From: Asterias rubens
Lineage: Eukaryota
Length of the DNA: 64,000 nt
Direction of reading: 5' to 3'
Assembly (NCBI RefSeq): GCF_902459465.1
Contig: NC_047081.1
Coordinates: 4,278,001-4,342,000 of the forward strand
Each line of letters opens with the position of its first letter. Position 1 is the first letter of the stretch. The notes under the pieces were generated by a model that was given only the letters and a program-made list of their open reading frames with translations, made no database searches and had not been told where the DNA came from. Position numbers and translations under genes: made by a program. Positions 39,601-50,318 of this stretch are shown here, one piece after another.

Positions 39601-42600
39601 ACCGTGCAATTTTTGTCCTCTTCGGGAGTAGGATTAAAGCGGGATCTGATCGCCCTTGTGGATTAATGGGCGATCAAAAGTCGTGTGGGAACGCAAAGGG
39701 CGATCAGACCCCGCAATTTGCAAGCAAACCAGTGTTCTTTTGAACCCACTTCTGTTCCCAAAAAGGGGGATCAATGCGCGATCATACTCAAGTGGGAACG
39801 CGACTGCGACTTCACGCCTGCAACTAATCTTGTTGCGGGATCCAGATCTCGCAATCGTGGATCCAGTGGGAACGCGGTCTAACGTGTCTGTACAACTTTT
39901 AAGTTTAAAAACTATGACGATGAAAGTACCCAGCCCTTAATCTTGATTCCTTCCATAAACAAAGTCCAAAATGGACATACGAACTGTTGGCTCAAATTTC
40001 CGTGGTATATAATCTCTGATCCCATATAAAGCATGATTAGTTTACTGTAGGCAACAGATTCAAACAAAATATTCTTGGCTTTCATCGATTGGTGGATGGT
40101 TAAGGTTACGGAAAATAAATGTTTTTTGTTATAAAACTTAATTTAATTAAAACTTTTTTGTCTCTCTTCCAGGTTTGTCATAGCGGCTGTTTCTCCAGCC
40201 GTCGTTGTGCCATCTGTCCTGGAGTTACAAGAGAAAGGATATGGGATCAGTAAGGGTATCCCAACATTGATTGTAGCCTCGGCAAGCTGTGAGAATGTGT
40301 TTGCAATAGCAGCGTTTGGAATTCCACTTGGTATTGCGTTCTCTGGTGGTAAGTTGACATTGAGATATGGGAGTGTATGTTTGCTTGGTTGGCTCTGTGG
40401 TGACAATGGATGGACAATTATTGAATGACTATAGAAACAAGTATTTGGTTTGCAGTAACACCATGTGTGTATCTACTTGCTAGGTAGAGTTTGTTCTTTA
40501 AAGAACTGGCTTTCTATATTCTACTACCGCAGAGTAGATTTATCGGAGTGTGCGGGAGACATCTCAGTTCTGAAAAGAACTATCCGGCCGTCGATTTCAC
40601 AAAGAGTTAGGACTCGTCTTATCTTGAGTTAGGAAGAGTAACTCGTCCTAACTTGGGATTAATCTTAAGGTCTGCATGCTACAGTGCAGGGTTGGGACTC
40701 GTCCTAAGTTTAATCTTAAGTTAGGACGAGTTTTGTGAAATCAACGGCTGCTTTTTAACTACTACCTGGGCGGAAGGTATAGAAAAATGGCTGGGACTAC
40801 TTTAGCCTATAGGATCGTTATTAACTGCGCTACCGCGGAGTGAGGTCTCTCATTGGTCTCAACGTTTCGACGAGCTTGCTCTAGTCATGGTCAGGAGATT
40901 GTAGAAACAGTTACTATGTCTCATGGTAAGCTTTTACGTTGTTGGAAAAGAGATGGTGTACACCCAAACACAATTCTGAATGAATGTGTATGTCACAATG
41001 GTACCTGGGTTTGCTCATCTGCTATACAAACCAGAACCGTTTCACACAGCAACTGTCTCTATAGTCTGAGGAATTCAAATTTAGGCGGTACATTGTGATT
41101 AAGCAAGTCATTGTACCAAACCTAACAAATCAAATTTAAGTCTCAAATGGCTTCTTAAAACTACACAATACATGTATTGTATTTGCAAATTTGTGAGTGT
41201 TTGTGACTAGATGTTACTACTATTGGTTTTACCTGTAGGTTATATAGACATTGACAATGAAGGACAAGACAACAGCACAAATATACCCATGGATAGCAGC
41301 AATGATGGTAAGATCTTTTTAAAGACAGTAGACACTATTGGTAATTGTCAAAGACCAGTCTTCTCACTTAATGTATCTCAACATATATGCACAAAATAAC
41401 AAACCTGTGAAAATTTGAGCTCAATCGGTCATCGAAGTTGCGAGATAATAATGAAAGAAAAAACACCCTTGTCACATGAAGTTGTGTGCTTTCTTATGCT
41501 TGATTTCGAGACCTCAAATTCTAAACTTGAGAACTCGAAATCAAACCATCTAAACGCACACAACTTCGTGTGACAAGGGTTATTTTTCTTTCATTATTAT
41601 CTCGCAAGTTCGATGACCGATTGAGCTCAAATTTTCACAGGTTTGTTATTTTATGCATATGTTGAGATACACCAACTGTGAAGGCTAGTCTTTGACAATT
41701 ACCAATAGTGGCCAGTGTCTTTAAGATACAGCAACTGTGAAGGCTAGTCTTTGACAATTGCCAATAGTGTCCACTGCCTTTAAAGAAACTCTAACATAGG
41801 GCTAGATATCTCAGTCAGTTGGTAGAGCACTGGTGCAGTATCCGGTGGTCATTGGTTCAGTCCTCGCTTTAGTCATACTATTTTTGTCCGACATCTATTA
41901 TTCTCAGAAATGTGAGCATACCAAGATTGATGTACAATAGCAAGAGTTGGCCCCTCCTAAGAAATATGCTAATTATTCATGCATGCTTACAGACACCATT
42001 GGTTGGCAAACGCCATCCACAAATGCATGCGATCAGGCCTGATGCTCAGGGGCAACGGCACCAAGGCATTTTCTCCTTGCTAAAGGGCACTTCAATGAAG
42101 TTGTAAATTTCTATTGTAACAAATCAAGGGGCATGAAGGCAATGAACTGGGGCACTGGAGGAAATTATGATGCAGTGTCTTGCTCAAGGACACAAGCGCC
42201 TTTACTGGGACCTGAACCCACACTTTCACAACACTACAACTTGAGCTTGGTGCACTTGACTGCTTTCCCGAAATACTACCACTAATGGAGTTCTGTATTG
42301 GAATTTCAAAAAGCTTCAAACCATGAACCTTACTGTATGTATTATGGGCTTTTGTTTTCATGGATTAGTTAATTGCAAACTTTTAGGTAATAATTCCAAA
42401 GGTACGTAGGATGTTAATATGAACTTCAGTGACACAAACTCTTGCAACTTTAATTTGTTCTCAGATACGGGTATGTTGGTGTTTAACATCTTCCGTGCAC
42501 CCATAGAGCTACTGCTGGGTGTGGTCTTTGGGTGTGTTGGGGGCGTGTTCCTCTGGTATTTTCCAGACAAAGACCAGGTATTTACTAACTTGTATTGAGT

Positions 42601-45600
42601 GGTGTGTATAGGGCTCTACATCCATGAGAAGTGTGTAAACTCAATTAGACATTCTCCATAAAGTCATACTTGCTGGAAGTGACAACTTTATAGGTGTATT
42701 TATATATGTAGGCATATGAACCAAGAATAGCTAAAACTTGAAAATGCTAGGTGTTTCTTCACCCTAAGGCGAGAAATACACATTGTTCAAAGTGTGTTAA
42801 AGATACATGTGTAGTTAATTGTTTCAACTGTGTTTGTTAAAGCTCAATTTGTATTTACAGTTATTTTTCATTTCTCAGTACATCATTTCACACAAGAGCT
42901 TTTGTAAGACCAAAAAGAAGACCACATAAATATTCCTAAAACCTTATTTAAATAAACTTTATCTAATCTTGCAAGAACTCATACGCCCTTTTTGAAACCT
43001 TGGCTTCAGGCTCCGTCCTCTTGTCTGAAGCCCAGAGCGCGTATTCAATCTAGCCTGAGTTGAATCTAAAGCGAAGCCATGGTTTCGAAAAGGGCCATAG
43101 TTTTGTTCAGCACTATTTACTTGTTTGCTTTCAATTTGTCTTTCATGATTAAGTATCACGTTTGCACAATTTCACTATACTTTTAATGACAGAAATCCTT
43201 GATGTGGAAGCGTACTTTACTGGTCTGTGGTGGAGGTTTGTTATTATTGTTCGGTGGTGCCAAGGCGGACTTCACAGGGGCTGGTGCTCTAGGCTGCCTC
43301 ATTCTAGCTTTTGTAGCTGCCCAGGGCTGGGGTAGAGGAAAGGTAAACCTAACTGTATTTAAAGAGAGGGATACATTCGATAATCACTCTTAAAAGTTTT
43401 GGCAATAAACATTTACTTGGCTATAGAAGTGCAGCAGCTTTATGCAGTATAATTGCTCAAATGTTAACATTTTTATGAAGGTTTTTTTTTTTTAATGTTG
43501 TACTTTTTACACTAAATTATTGCCTTTTAATGTGAGATTGTTGATATGTTAAGATGTATTTGACCCTTTCAGCTACTGGTCGTTTTGTTTGTATATATAC
43601 CAATTATAAAGCATTTTGAGTGTCATATCACTATGGAGTTTTGGAAAAGGTTTACATATTTATTCAAACAACATTTTACCTGAGAAGGGGCTCCTGTTTG
43701 TCAAATTTGTGCAGCATTTAAGGGTACAAATGTGAGCCATCAAACTTTAAATTTGGATTCTACACCCACTGATTATCAGTTGCAGAGATGAGACCAAAGG
43801 TTGACTCGAGTCCAGTTAGCTTTAAATCTGGCTTGAAAAATTACTAAAGTTGGTAACCATTTTTCACCTGATCAATAAGCAAATTAGGTCTCCGATTTTA
43901 ACAGAGTTGTGTCTAATGTTTTTTTTTTTACCACTGATACCAGTGATCATATAATGTTAAAACAATCTACCACAAAGTTGCAACCAAACACTCTTCTTAC
44001 TTCACAACAGAAACTCATCTTTAAGGTCAGATAAAAATGTCCTCAAAAAACCAACTCTTACATCTGTCAAACTATTCTGAAATATGAAAGACTTTACATC
44101 CCATCTTAATTGTTTCTTCTGTCAGGAACCTGTTAAAAAGGTTGTTGGATTAATCTGGAAGTTGTTTGAACCAATCCTATTTGGTCTCATAGGAGCGGCA
44201 GTATCAGTTGAATATCTGGATGACACTGTGGGTAAGTAACAAGCTGTCCATTTCACCAAACTTATCCTAACCTGGGATTAATCTTAGGACTTAAAGACAG
44301 GTTCAGTTCCGTATCAAAATTCGTAGGCCGCATTTAACCAAAGTTAGCGAGTTACTCGTCCTAACTCGAGTTAGGATTAATCCTGGCGTTTCGTGAAATC
44401 GGCTGAAGGTTTCTCAAAGAAATATCTGAGCCGCAAAAGGAAACTATTCTACATGTATTAGATTGTGTCAGTAATGGTGGCTATGGCTAGGGCTTCTGCA
44501 CAATCTGTTTTCAGAGTGATCATTAAAACATCTTTTGTTACATTTACAAATATTACCATACCCATGTTACAATTGTCATCAAATGATATCCATAAAATCT
44601 TTTACTCCTTGTATCACATAACCTTTCATACGGGTTTGTGGGGTTCATGGTATGTCATGGCCAAGCCAATAAGAGCACCAAACTCAAGCTCTGGTGTTTG
44701 TGGTCAGCAGAGTGTGGGTGCCAGTCCTAGTTGTGACAGTTGAACCAGTAGCCATTATTGCTGTATCCTTGGGATGGGACGTTAAGTTGTTGGTCCAGTG
44801 TGTTGTGTAATGCACGAAAAGGAGCCCAGTGCACTTAATGTAAAGAGAAGGGGTTCACTCTGGTGTTCCTGGTTCGAACATGGGTCACGGTGGCTTATGC
44901 AGAAAGTTGGGTGTTGTGCACACAACCTATGATTTTACCATTGGCATTGGGTATTCAGGTTGGCTAGTGGTTTCTTCCCTGCCTTTCAACTGTGTGGACC
45001 CTGGTTCGAATCCCAAAGGCGGATTTCAGTCCAAATCAGTTTGGGTTTTCCTTCAACATCTAAACCTGAGATGTCCTCAGCATCTTCTTCCCACTGGTAT
45101 CTTCAGGCCTGTGGTTTACAGTGCGAGGTACTTTAGAGGATTCCTTGATTTCTTTATCAGATTAAAAACAAAATACTAATAACAAGCAGTTGCTATTTAG
45201 GGTTTACATTAAGTGCAGACAAAAACTGACAACGGTGGCCTTGATTTCATGAAGATACATCTCCTGATCTCCTGAACTGATTACTTATTCAATTATTTTC
45301 TCAGGTCTTGGCATAGCTATAATGGCAATAGGCCTTGCTGTACGGACTGCAGTCACAATGCTGGTCGTCTGTAAAGCAGGACTCAATCTCAAGGAAAAGG
45401 TGTTTGCTGCCCTCTCTTGGTTCCCAAAGGCCACTGTGCAGGTAAATCACAAGTAATTAGGTGTTCGGCTTTTAGCCGAAAACCTATTGTTATTGTTAAG
45501 TTTTTGTTTTGTTTTTGTTTTTTTCTCCGTCTTCTTCTTCTGCCTGAACGTTCTCCGCCAATTTTGAGAAAAACTGAAACTTGTATGAACTTGAAACTTC

Positions 45601-48600
45601 TCATGAACATCAACCTCGGTGAGTAGACGGCACCGCAACTTTTTTGGAATGGTGACGTCATTGATGACGTCATTACGTTAAATAAACGTGAAATAAACCT
45701 TAAATAATTAGAAAAATCATATCTTCAAAACCAAAAGAGCTACGTTCAAGATTCTTTTTTTACATAAAACCTCTTATAAAGATCTACAAATGCGGTGCAC
45801 AACGTGACCCCATTTGACCTTTACTTCCGGTCGAAACCGGAAGTTAAAGTAACAAATCATGTTATTTTGGGCTCTAGAGCCTAAGTGAATAAAAATATGA
45901 AAAAATGTCCAATGCATAAAATTTTTTTAAACTCAAGAGCATTCTAAAAATATAATGTGTGACGTCATAGCTACGTCACAACGAAAATGGTACACGAGGT
46001 CGAAAAAAAAATTATTTTGCTATCTCAAAAAATACAGCATGTACGGACTTGAAACTTACCACGTACTTAGACCAAAGCGTGTATATGACAAAGAACAAAA
46101 TTTGGAATGATGACGTCATCGATGACGTCATTATATTAAATTGAAGTTTTTTATTAAAATACTCATATCTCCAGAATCAGATATGCTACATACGTGATCT
46201 TTACACCATATGAAAGGTCATGAAGTATTAAACAAATCTTACACAGGGTGTGACCCCATTTGACCTTTACTTCCGGTCGAAACCGGAAGTAGTAGTTTGT
46301 TTTATAAAAAATCGTATCTGAATAATATTATTTTGTGTATTAATATAATAACTTAATTTTAAGGCCCTTCGACGATTCTACAAATGTTTACAATGTGTGA
46401 CCTCATTTGACCTTCATTTCCGGTCGAACCCGGAAGTATAAGTTTGTACATACAAAATTGTGTATCTTATTAATGAAACGTGGTACATTAATAATCATTA
46501 CATCAATTTTGAGCTCTCTGGCAATTCTATATGTTTTGCACAAAGTGTGACCCCATTTGACCTTTAAATCCTGTCAAACCGGAAGCTGAAGTTTAATATG
46601 ACAAACCTTCATTTCTCCGTCTTCTTCTGCCTGAACGTTCTCCGCCAATTTTGAGAAAAACTGAAACTTGTATGAACTTGAAACTTCTCATGAACATCAA
46701 CCTCGGTGAGTAGACGGCACCGCAACTTTTTTGGAATGGTGACGTCATTACGTTAAATAAACGTTAAATAAACCTTAAATAATTTGAAAAATCATATCTT
46801 CAAAACCAAAAGAGCTACGTTCAAGATTCTTTTTGTACATGAAACCTCTTATAAAGATCTACAAATGCGGTGCACAACGTGATAAAACGCTTAGAAAAAA
46901 GGTTATTTAATAGCTATTCACTTTGTTTTCACAATAACACACAACATAGCTCACTATCTCCCCAGTCAACTAAACTTAAAAAGTGATGGCTCGTTAATTC
47001 AGGCCAGAAATCCGAACACCTCGAATTTGTTATCAAACAAATTCTTATGTCTAGTTGTATCTATACATGTTACAAAGTTTACTGGTAACTATTCACAAAC
47101 ATCAGAGGGCATTTCTAGCCTTGAGTTTCATCTTTGAAGTGACAAGGCAATGTTCTTGCAAGGGTCACTTTTCGTAAATCCAACCTGTCAAAGCCAATGT
47201 TGTTGTTGACCATAACGTAGTAAGGTATAAAGCTAAATTGTATTCAAACTTTGAATCCCTTGTTGCCGAGCATAAGGGCCCCTCCCAAATCCTTCTTGCA
47301 CCATAGAGGAATCTACCTTACTTGTAAAGGCAAGCATCCCAGCCTTGCTTTCTCCTGTAGATGACCAGCGCATTGAAACATTGAGTTGTCATACCACTGT
47401 TCTTTCCAGAAACCTACATACAACTCAAGGGAGATTCATAATGGTTCTCACACAACCCTTAGATATTGTTAGGTCTGGGAGAGACATCTAAATATTTACT
47501 GTCATATTTCACCATGTGAAAGAAAGTTTATTTGGACAGTTTTTTGTTTGTAACTTATATGTTTACAGGCTGCCATTGGCCCTCTGGCATGGGAGGTGGC
47601 AATAAACAAGAACGCTGGATATGTAGCAGAGCAGAATGGGATCAAGGTAATTTTATCAAATTTGTATCATTATTGCTTCAGGGATAAACAATAGTTGTCA
47701 GGTTGGCGTAGTTGGTATCTTTCGTTGCCTTCCACCTCTGGAACACTGGTTCAAATCCCACCGGGGGCACTATGTGGATTGGGGTTTCAGTCCCTACTTG
47801 ACGGTGTGGCTTTTCCCTGGAAATAAGTCTCTCGGGTTTTCCTCCCCTGTCTAAAACTAAACCAATATTTCTTCATCATGGCTCTAATTAGAAAATTGAG
47901 AATTATTTATCCAGATCCAGAATTAAAAATTAAACATGCTGTAATTATAAAAAGTTCCATTAATTTCTTCTCCAGCAACAAGGAAACCAAAAAGCTCCTT
48001 GAAATCCGTAACTCCAGAGTTACTTGTATACTTAAAATACCATCATTTCAACATGCCTCCTAAGATCTGGACCCAAATTTCAGCATTTTGTGTCATCATC
48101 CACTCTAACCCCTTGAAAAAGAACCCAGTGCACCTAGGTTAAGAGAACGAGATTGCCCCAGAGTTTCTGGCATGTTGGCTACAGCTTGCACCAGAAGCTT
48201 TTTAACTCTTACAAGGTGCTATTCAAAGGGTCTCATAATTCAACATAGCTCTGTATACCTGTTACAAAAGGGTTTGTTATTCAGGCCTGGAATTTCATCT
48301 TTAAAAGGACAAGGCCATTTTCATTTTGCAAAGGGCACTTCCATTGGAAAATCTAAAAGTCTATGGGAAACATTTGAAGGGGCATCAAGGCCAGGACCAG
48401 GGGCAATGAAGGCCACTGGATCAATGGCCTGAGTGTAACTCCAGGCCTGGTAGTTTGTATCTTATTCTGAATGTTATTTCCATTCCTTCCTTATGTAGAT
48501 CCTCACCCTAGCAGTCCTCTCCATCATTCTCACTGCACCCATCGGTGCAATCATGATTGCTCTTGGAGGGCCGAGGCTCCTTCAGAAATCCCAAGAAGGC

Positions 48601-48735
48601 AACACAGACAAACTTCCCATACCTGAAGTGACTGTAGTTTCTCCTGAGGGTGTAGAGGAGGAGGAGGAGGAAAGGATTCAGGAAGAGGTACCAAAGGAGG
48701 CTAAAGGACAGGGAGAATCATCATCAATGCTGTAG
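36658..48735 (+). CDS. SLC9B2-like: SLC9B/NHA-family transporter, paralog B (EN in place of DD; one extra exon), 10 coding exons, 657 aa
   Basis: Exons 36658-37294, 39144-39414, 40173-40348, 41239-41307, 42465-42577, 43193-43342, 44126-44231, 45305-45441, 47569-47646, 48499-48735. GT-AG, phases consistent, 1974 nt, no frameshift or internal stop. Intron positions match paralog A, with shared exon sizes of 271, 176, 150, 137 and 78 nt. Motifs: CPPHG, GFVIAAVSPAVVVP, GIPTLIVASASCENVFAIA, WFPKATVQAAIG. The start ATG is inferred, because the frame is open back to the acceptor at 36617. Confidence 0.93.
37738..38116. mobile_element. Kolobok-like MITE family A copy (reverse orientation)
   Basis: Reverse complement of the 29902-30279 interior, with degenerate ends. 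Confidence 0.8.
38746..39106. mobile_element. Kolobok-like MITE family B copy, ending 37 nt before the paralog B exon at 39144
   Basis: TTAA|AGCCATTGGAAACTTTC ... GCT|TTAA. The interior aligns with 14940-15301 and the right TIR is partly deleted. Confidence 0.8.
39491..39880. mobile_element. Decayed Harbinger-like MITE with GTGGGAACG internal repeats
   Basis: The left end AGACCCCCTTCCTACTGGACCCCGATT aligns with the reverse complement of the right end AATCGTGGATCCAGTGGGAACGCGGTCT. Confidence 0.65.
40490..40900 (-). mobile_element. Penelope-like retroelement terminal remnant with a decayed minimal hammerhead ribozyme, interrupted by a Harbinger-like MITE (40588-40747)
   Basis: Minus strand 40898-40857 reads TCTC-CTGACCA-T-GACTAG-AGCAAG-CTCGTC-GAAACGTT-GAGA. 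The MITE has CGTCGATTTCACAAAG / TTTTGTGAAATCAACGG ends. The left boundary is approximate. Confidence 0.55.
41239..41307 (+). CDS. Paralog-B-specific 69-nt symmetric (phase 1-1) exon encoding GYIDIDNEGQDNSTNIPMDSSND
   Basis: Acceptor ttttacctgtAG, donor G|GTAAGA, open in the required frame, and length divisible by 3. I saw no counterpart in the equivalent intron of paralog A (25842-26850). Confidence 0.7.
41323..41779. mobile_element. Fully palindromic chimeric family A MITE (41323-41720) plus a duplicated terminus (41725-41779)
   Basis: Left arm, then the internal hairpin, then the reverse complement of a left arm; TTAA at 41319, 41721 and 41780. Confidence 0.85.
42984..43096. mobile_element. 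Tourist-like MITE (GGCCC family), TSD ATA
   Basis: ATA|CGCCCTTTTTGAAACC ... GGTTTCGAAAAGGGCC|ATA. Confidence 0.75.
45457..47054 (+). mobile_element. Non-autonomous Helentron/Helitron2-like element (HINE/DINE-1 architecture), about 1.6 kb, in a paralog B intron
   Basis: The 5' end has AGGTGTTCGGCT-TTT-AGCCGAAAACCT (a stem-loop) followed by ATTGTTATTGTT. The interior is periodic at about 150 bp. The 3' end has subterminal CCGAACACCT (47012-21, reverse complement of the 5' motif), hairpin GAATTTGTT-ATCA-AACAAATTC (47023-44), then CTAG|T. Confidence 0.75.
47699..47860 (+). mobile_element. tRNA-derived SINE (family C)
   Basis: A-box-like TGGCGTAGTTGG, B-box GGTTCAAATCC and body GGGTTTTCCTCCC. 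Related copies at about 44955-45070 and 61690-61930 (minus). Confidence 0.65.
48282..48449. repeat. Dispersed CAGGCCTG-ended repeat family (hAT-like MITE?)
   Basis: Related copies lie at about 14350-14500 (reverse), 38575-38700, 42034-42160 and 49624-49780, sharing blocks such as GGCACCAAGGCATTTTCTCCTTG and AAAGGGCAC. No clear TSD. Confidence 0.6.
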
Positions 48736-50318
48736 AGGTAGGAGGGTTAGGACTTATATTGATGTATAGACGATGTGACCTATGTTTACATTCAAACCGC
48801 CCTCTGTTGACAAAACACTATATACGTCGTGTTTCGCCAGGCAAAGAGTTGCGTAGTCATAGTAAGATTGTATACACTTTCTAGCTGGCTGCCAAAACAC
48901 AAAGGTTTTGCCCGGCGGTATGCGCGCAAATCATGTTATGGTTTTTCGTGTGATTCTTTGACAGGTGTAAGCGACAGTTGATGGTGTTGGGCAAATTATG
49001 AAAGAGTGTATCTTGGCAAAGGCCTCCGACAACTTAGAAAGACATACTCCTCTATGGATGTAACGAGGGAAGAGCTATAACCTCGTCCTCCTTGTAGCTA
49101 GATAACAATGGTGGTTTGGACCAAGGAGGGTACTCTGGAGGCACCACAACCTCCAAGATTACCCTTTTCATACTGAAGGAAACTATTAAAGGAGGCTTGA
49201 GGAGGAACCTGAACTAATCCTTAATCATGTTGTAGCTGGATATGAGTTTTTAGAGAGATGTATAAGTATCCCATTTTTAGTGCTGTGGCGGTTCAAAAAG
49301 AAGCCACAATACACTGAAATGTCTCACTACAATAATACACACTTTTTCAGAAGCTGCCATTAAACATGTGTGCAAGTACGGTCAGGTTTCACAAGTGATT
49401 GAATTGATTGATGTTATCACTGTCGCCCACACAGATGATAAAGAACAGTTTGTTGTAAACATTGTCTGGGGTGGTTGACTTCAAGACGGAGAGTCATCAA
49501 GGAAAGGGGAAGGTTATCTTGGAGGAGGCAGGGACCTGGTTGATGTGGATGTGTTTGGGTGGTTAAACCTTCTCACCCATGCAGAGGAAGAGGATGATAG
49601 CCACAAATATGATTTGAATAATTGCAGGCCTGGAGTTTCATCTTTGAGAGGGCAACGCCATTTTCATTTGCAAAGGGCACTTTGTTTGGACAATCTTAAT
49701 GTCAATGGGTAACTTTTGAAGCGGCACTGACACTGAGATTAAGGGTAACAGGCTATTGCCTCCTTGTAATTGCAGGCCTGGAGTTGAGAAATTTAAGGAT
49801 AGGTGGAGATCAAAGATCAGAAATAGAGGTGGTTGGCTCAGAATGAAAGGTTGAAAACAGCAATAAGTGAATCTGATGTTCCTGCTAATTAGAAACGTAG
49901 GGAGTTAATAAAAGCAATAATTTTGGTAAAAATTTGAAATATATTGCAATTAGTGAGAAGTGTATATTTCTTTCGGGTTTTTTCTGTTCCTAAATTAGAT
50001 GTCTTTTTTAAGCGTTTTGGTTTTATGTGTTGTGTAATTTACATATGAACCATGCATCAAATTTAAGTGTTGTTAAAAAATATTTTGTAATTTATATTCA
50101 TCATGTCGAACATTATGCACAACTTGCCAGTGTACTAATTGTGTAACTTAAAAATAGTTTGTATACAACAATTGCATGGCAATTTACAGGGTATGCCAAA
50201 TGATGTTCGGTAATTATTTTTTGTAAAACGTTTGTCGTAGTTCAGGTGTGCTTGTGAATTTGCCAATCTAAATGTAGATGTTGTAGCTTTATTTTTATAT
50301 AGAAATACTTGATTTTAA

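Noticed and set aside
45800-46600. Regularly spaced palindromic repeats resembling a CRISPR array
   Set aside because: The spacers are homologous to each other, the context is a eukaryotic intron, and there are no cas genes. This is a transposon-internal tandem repeat.
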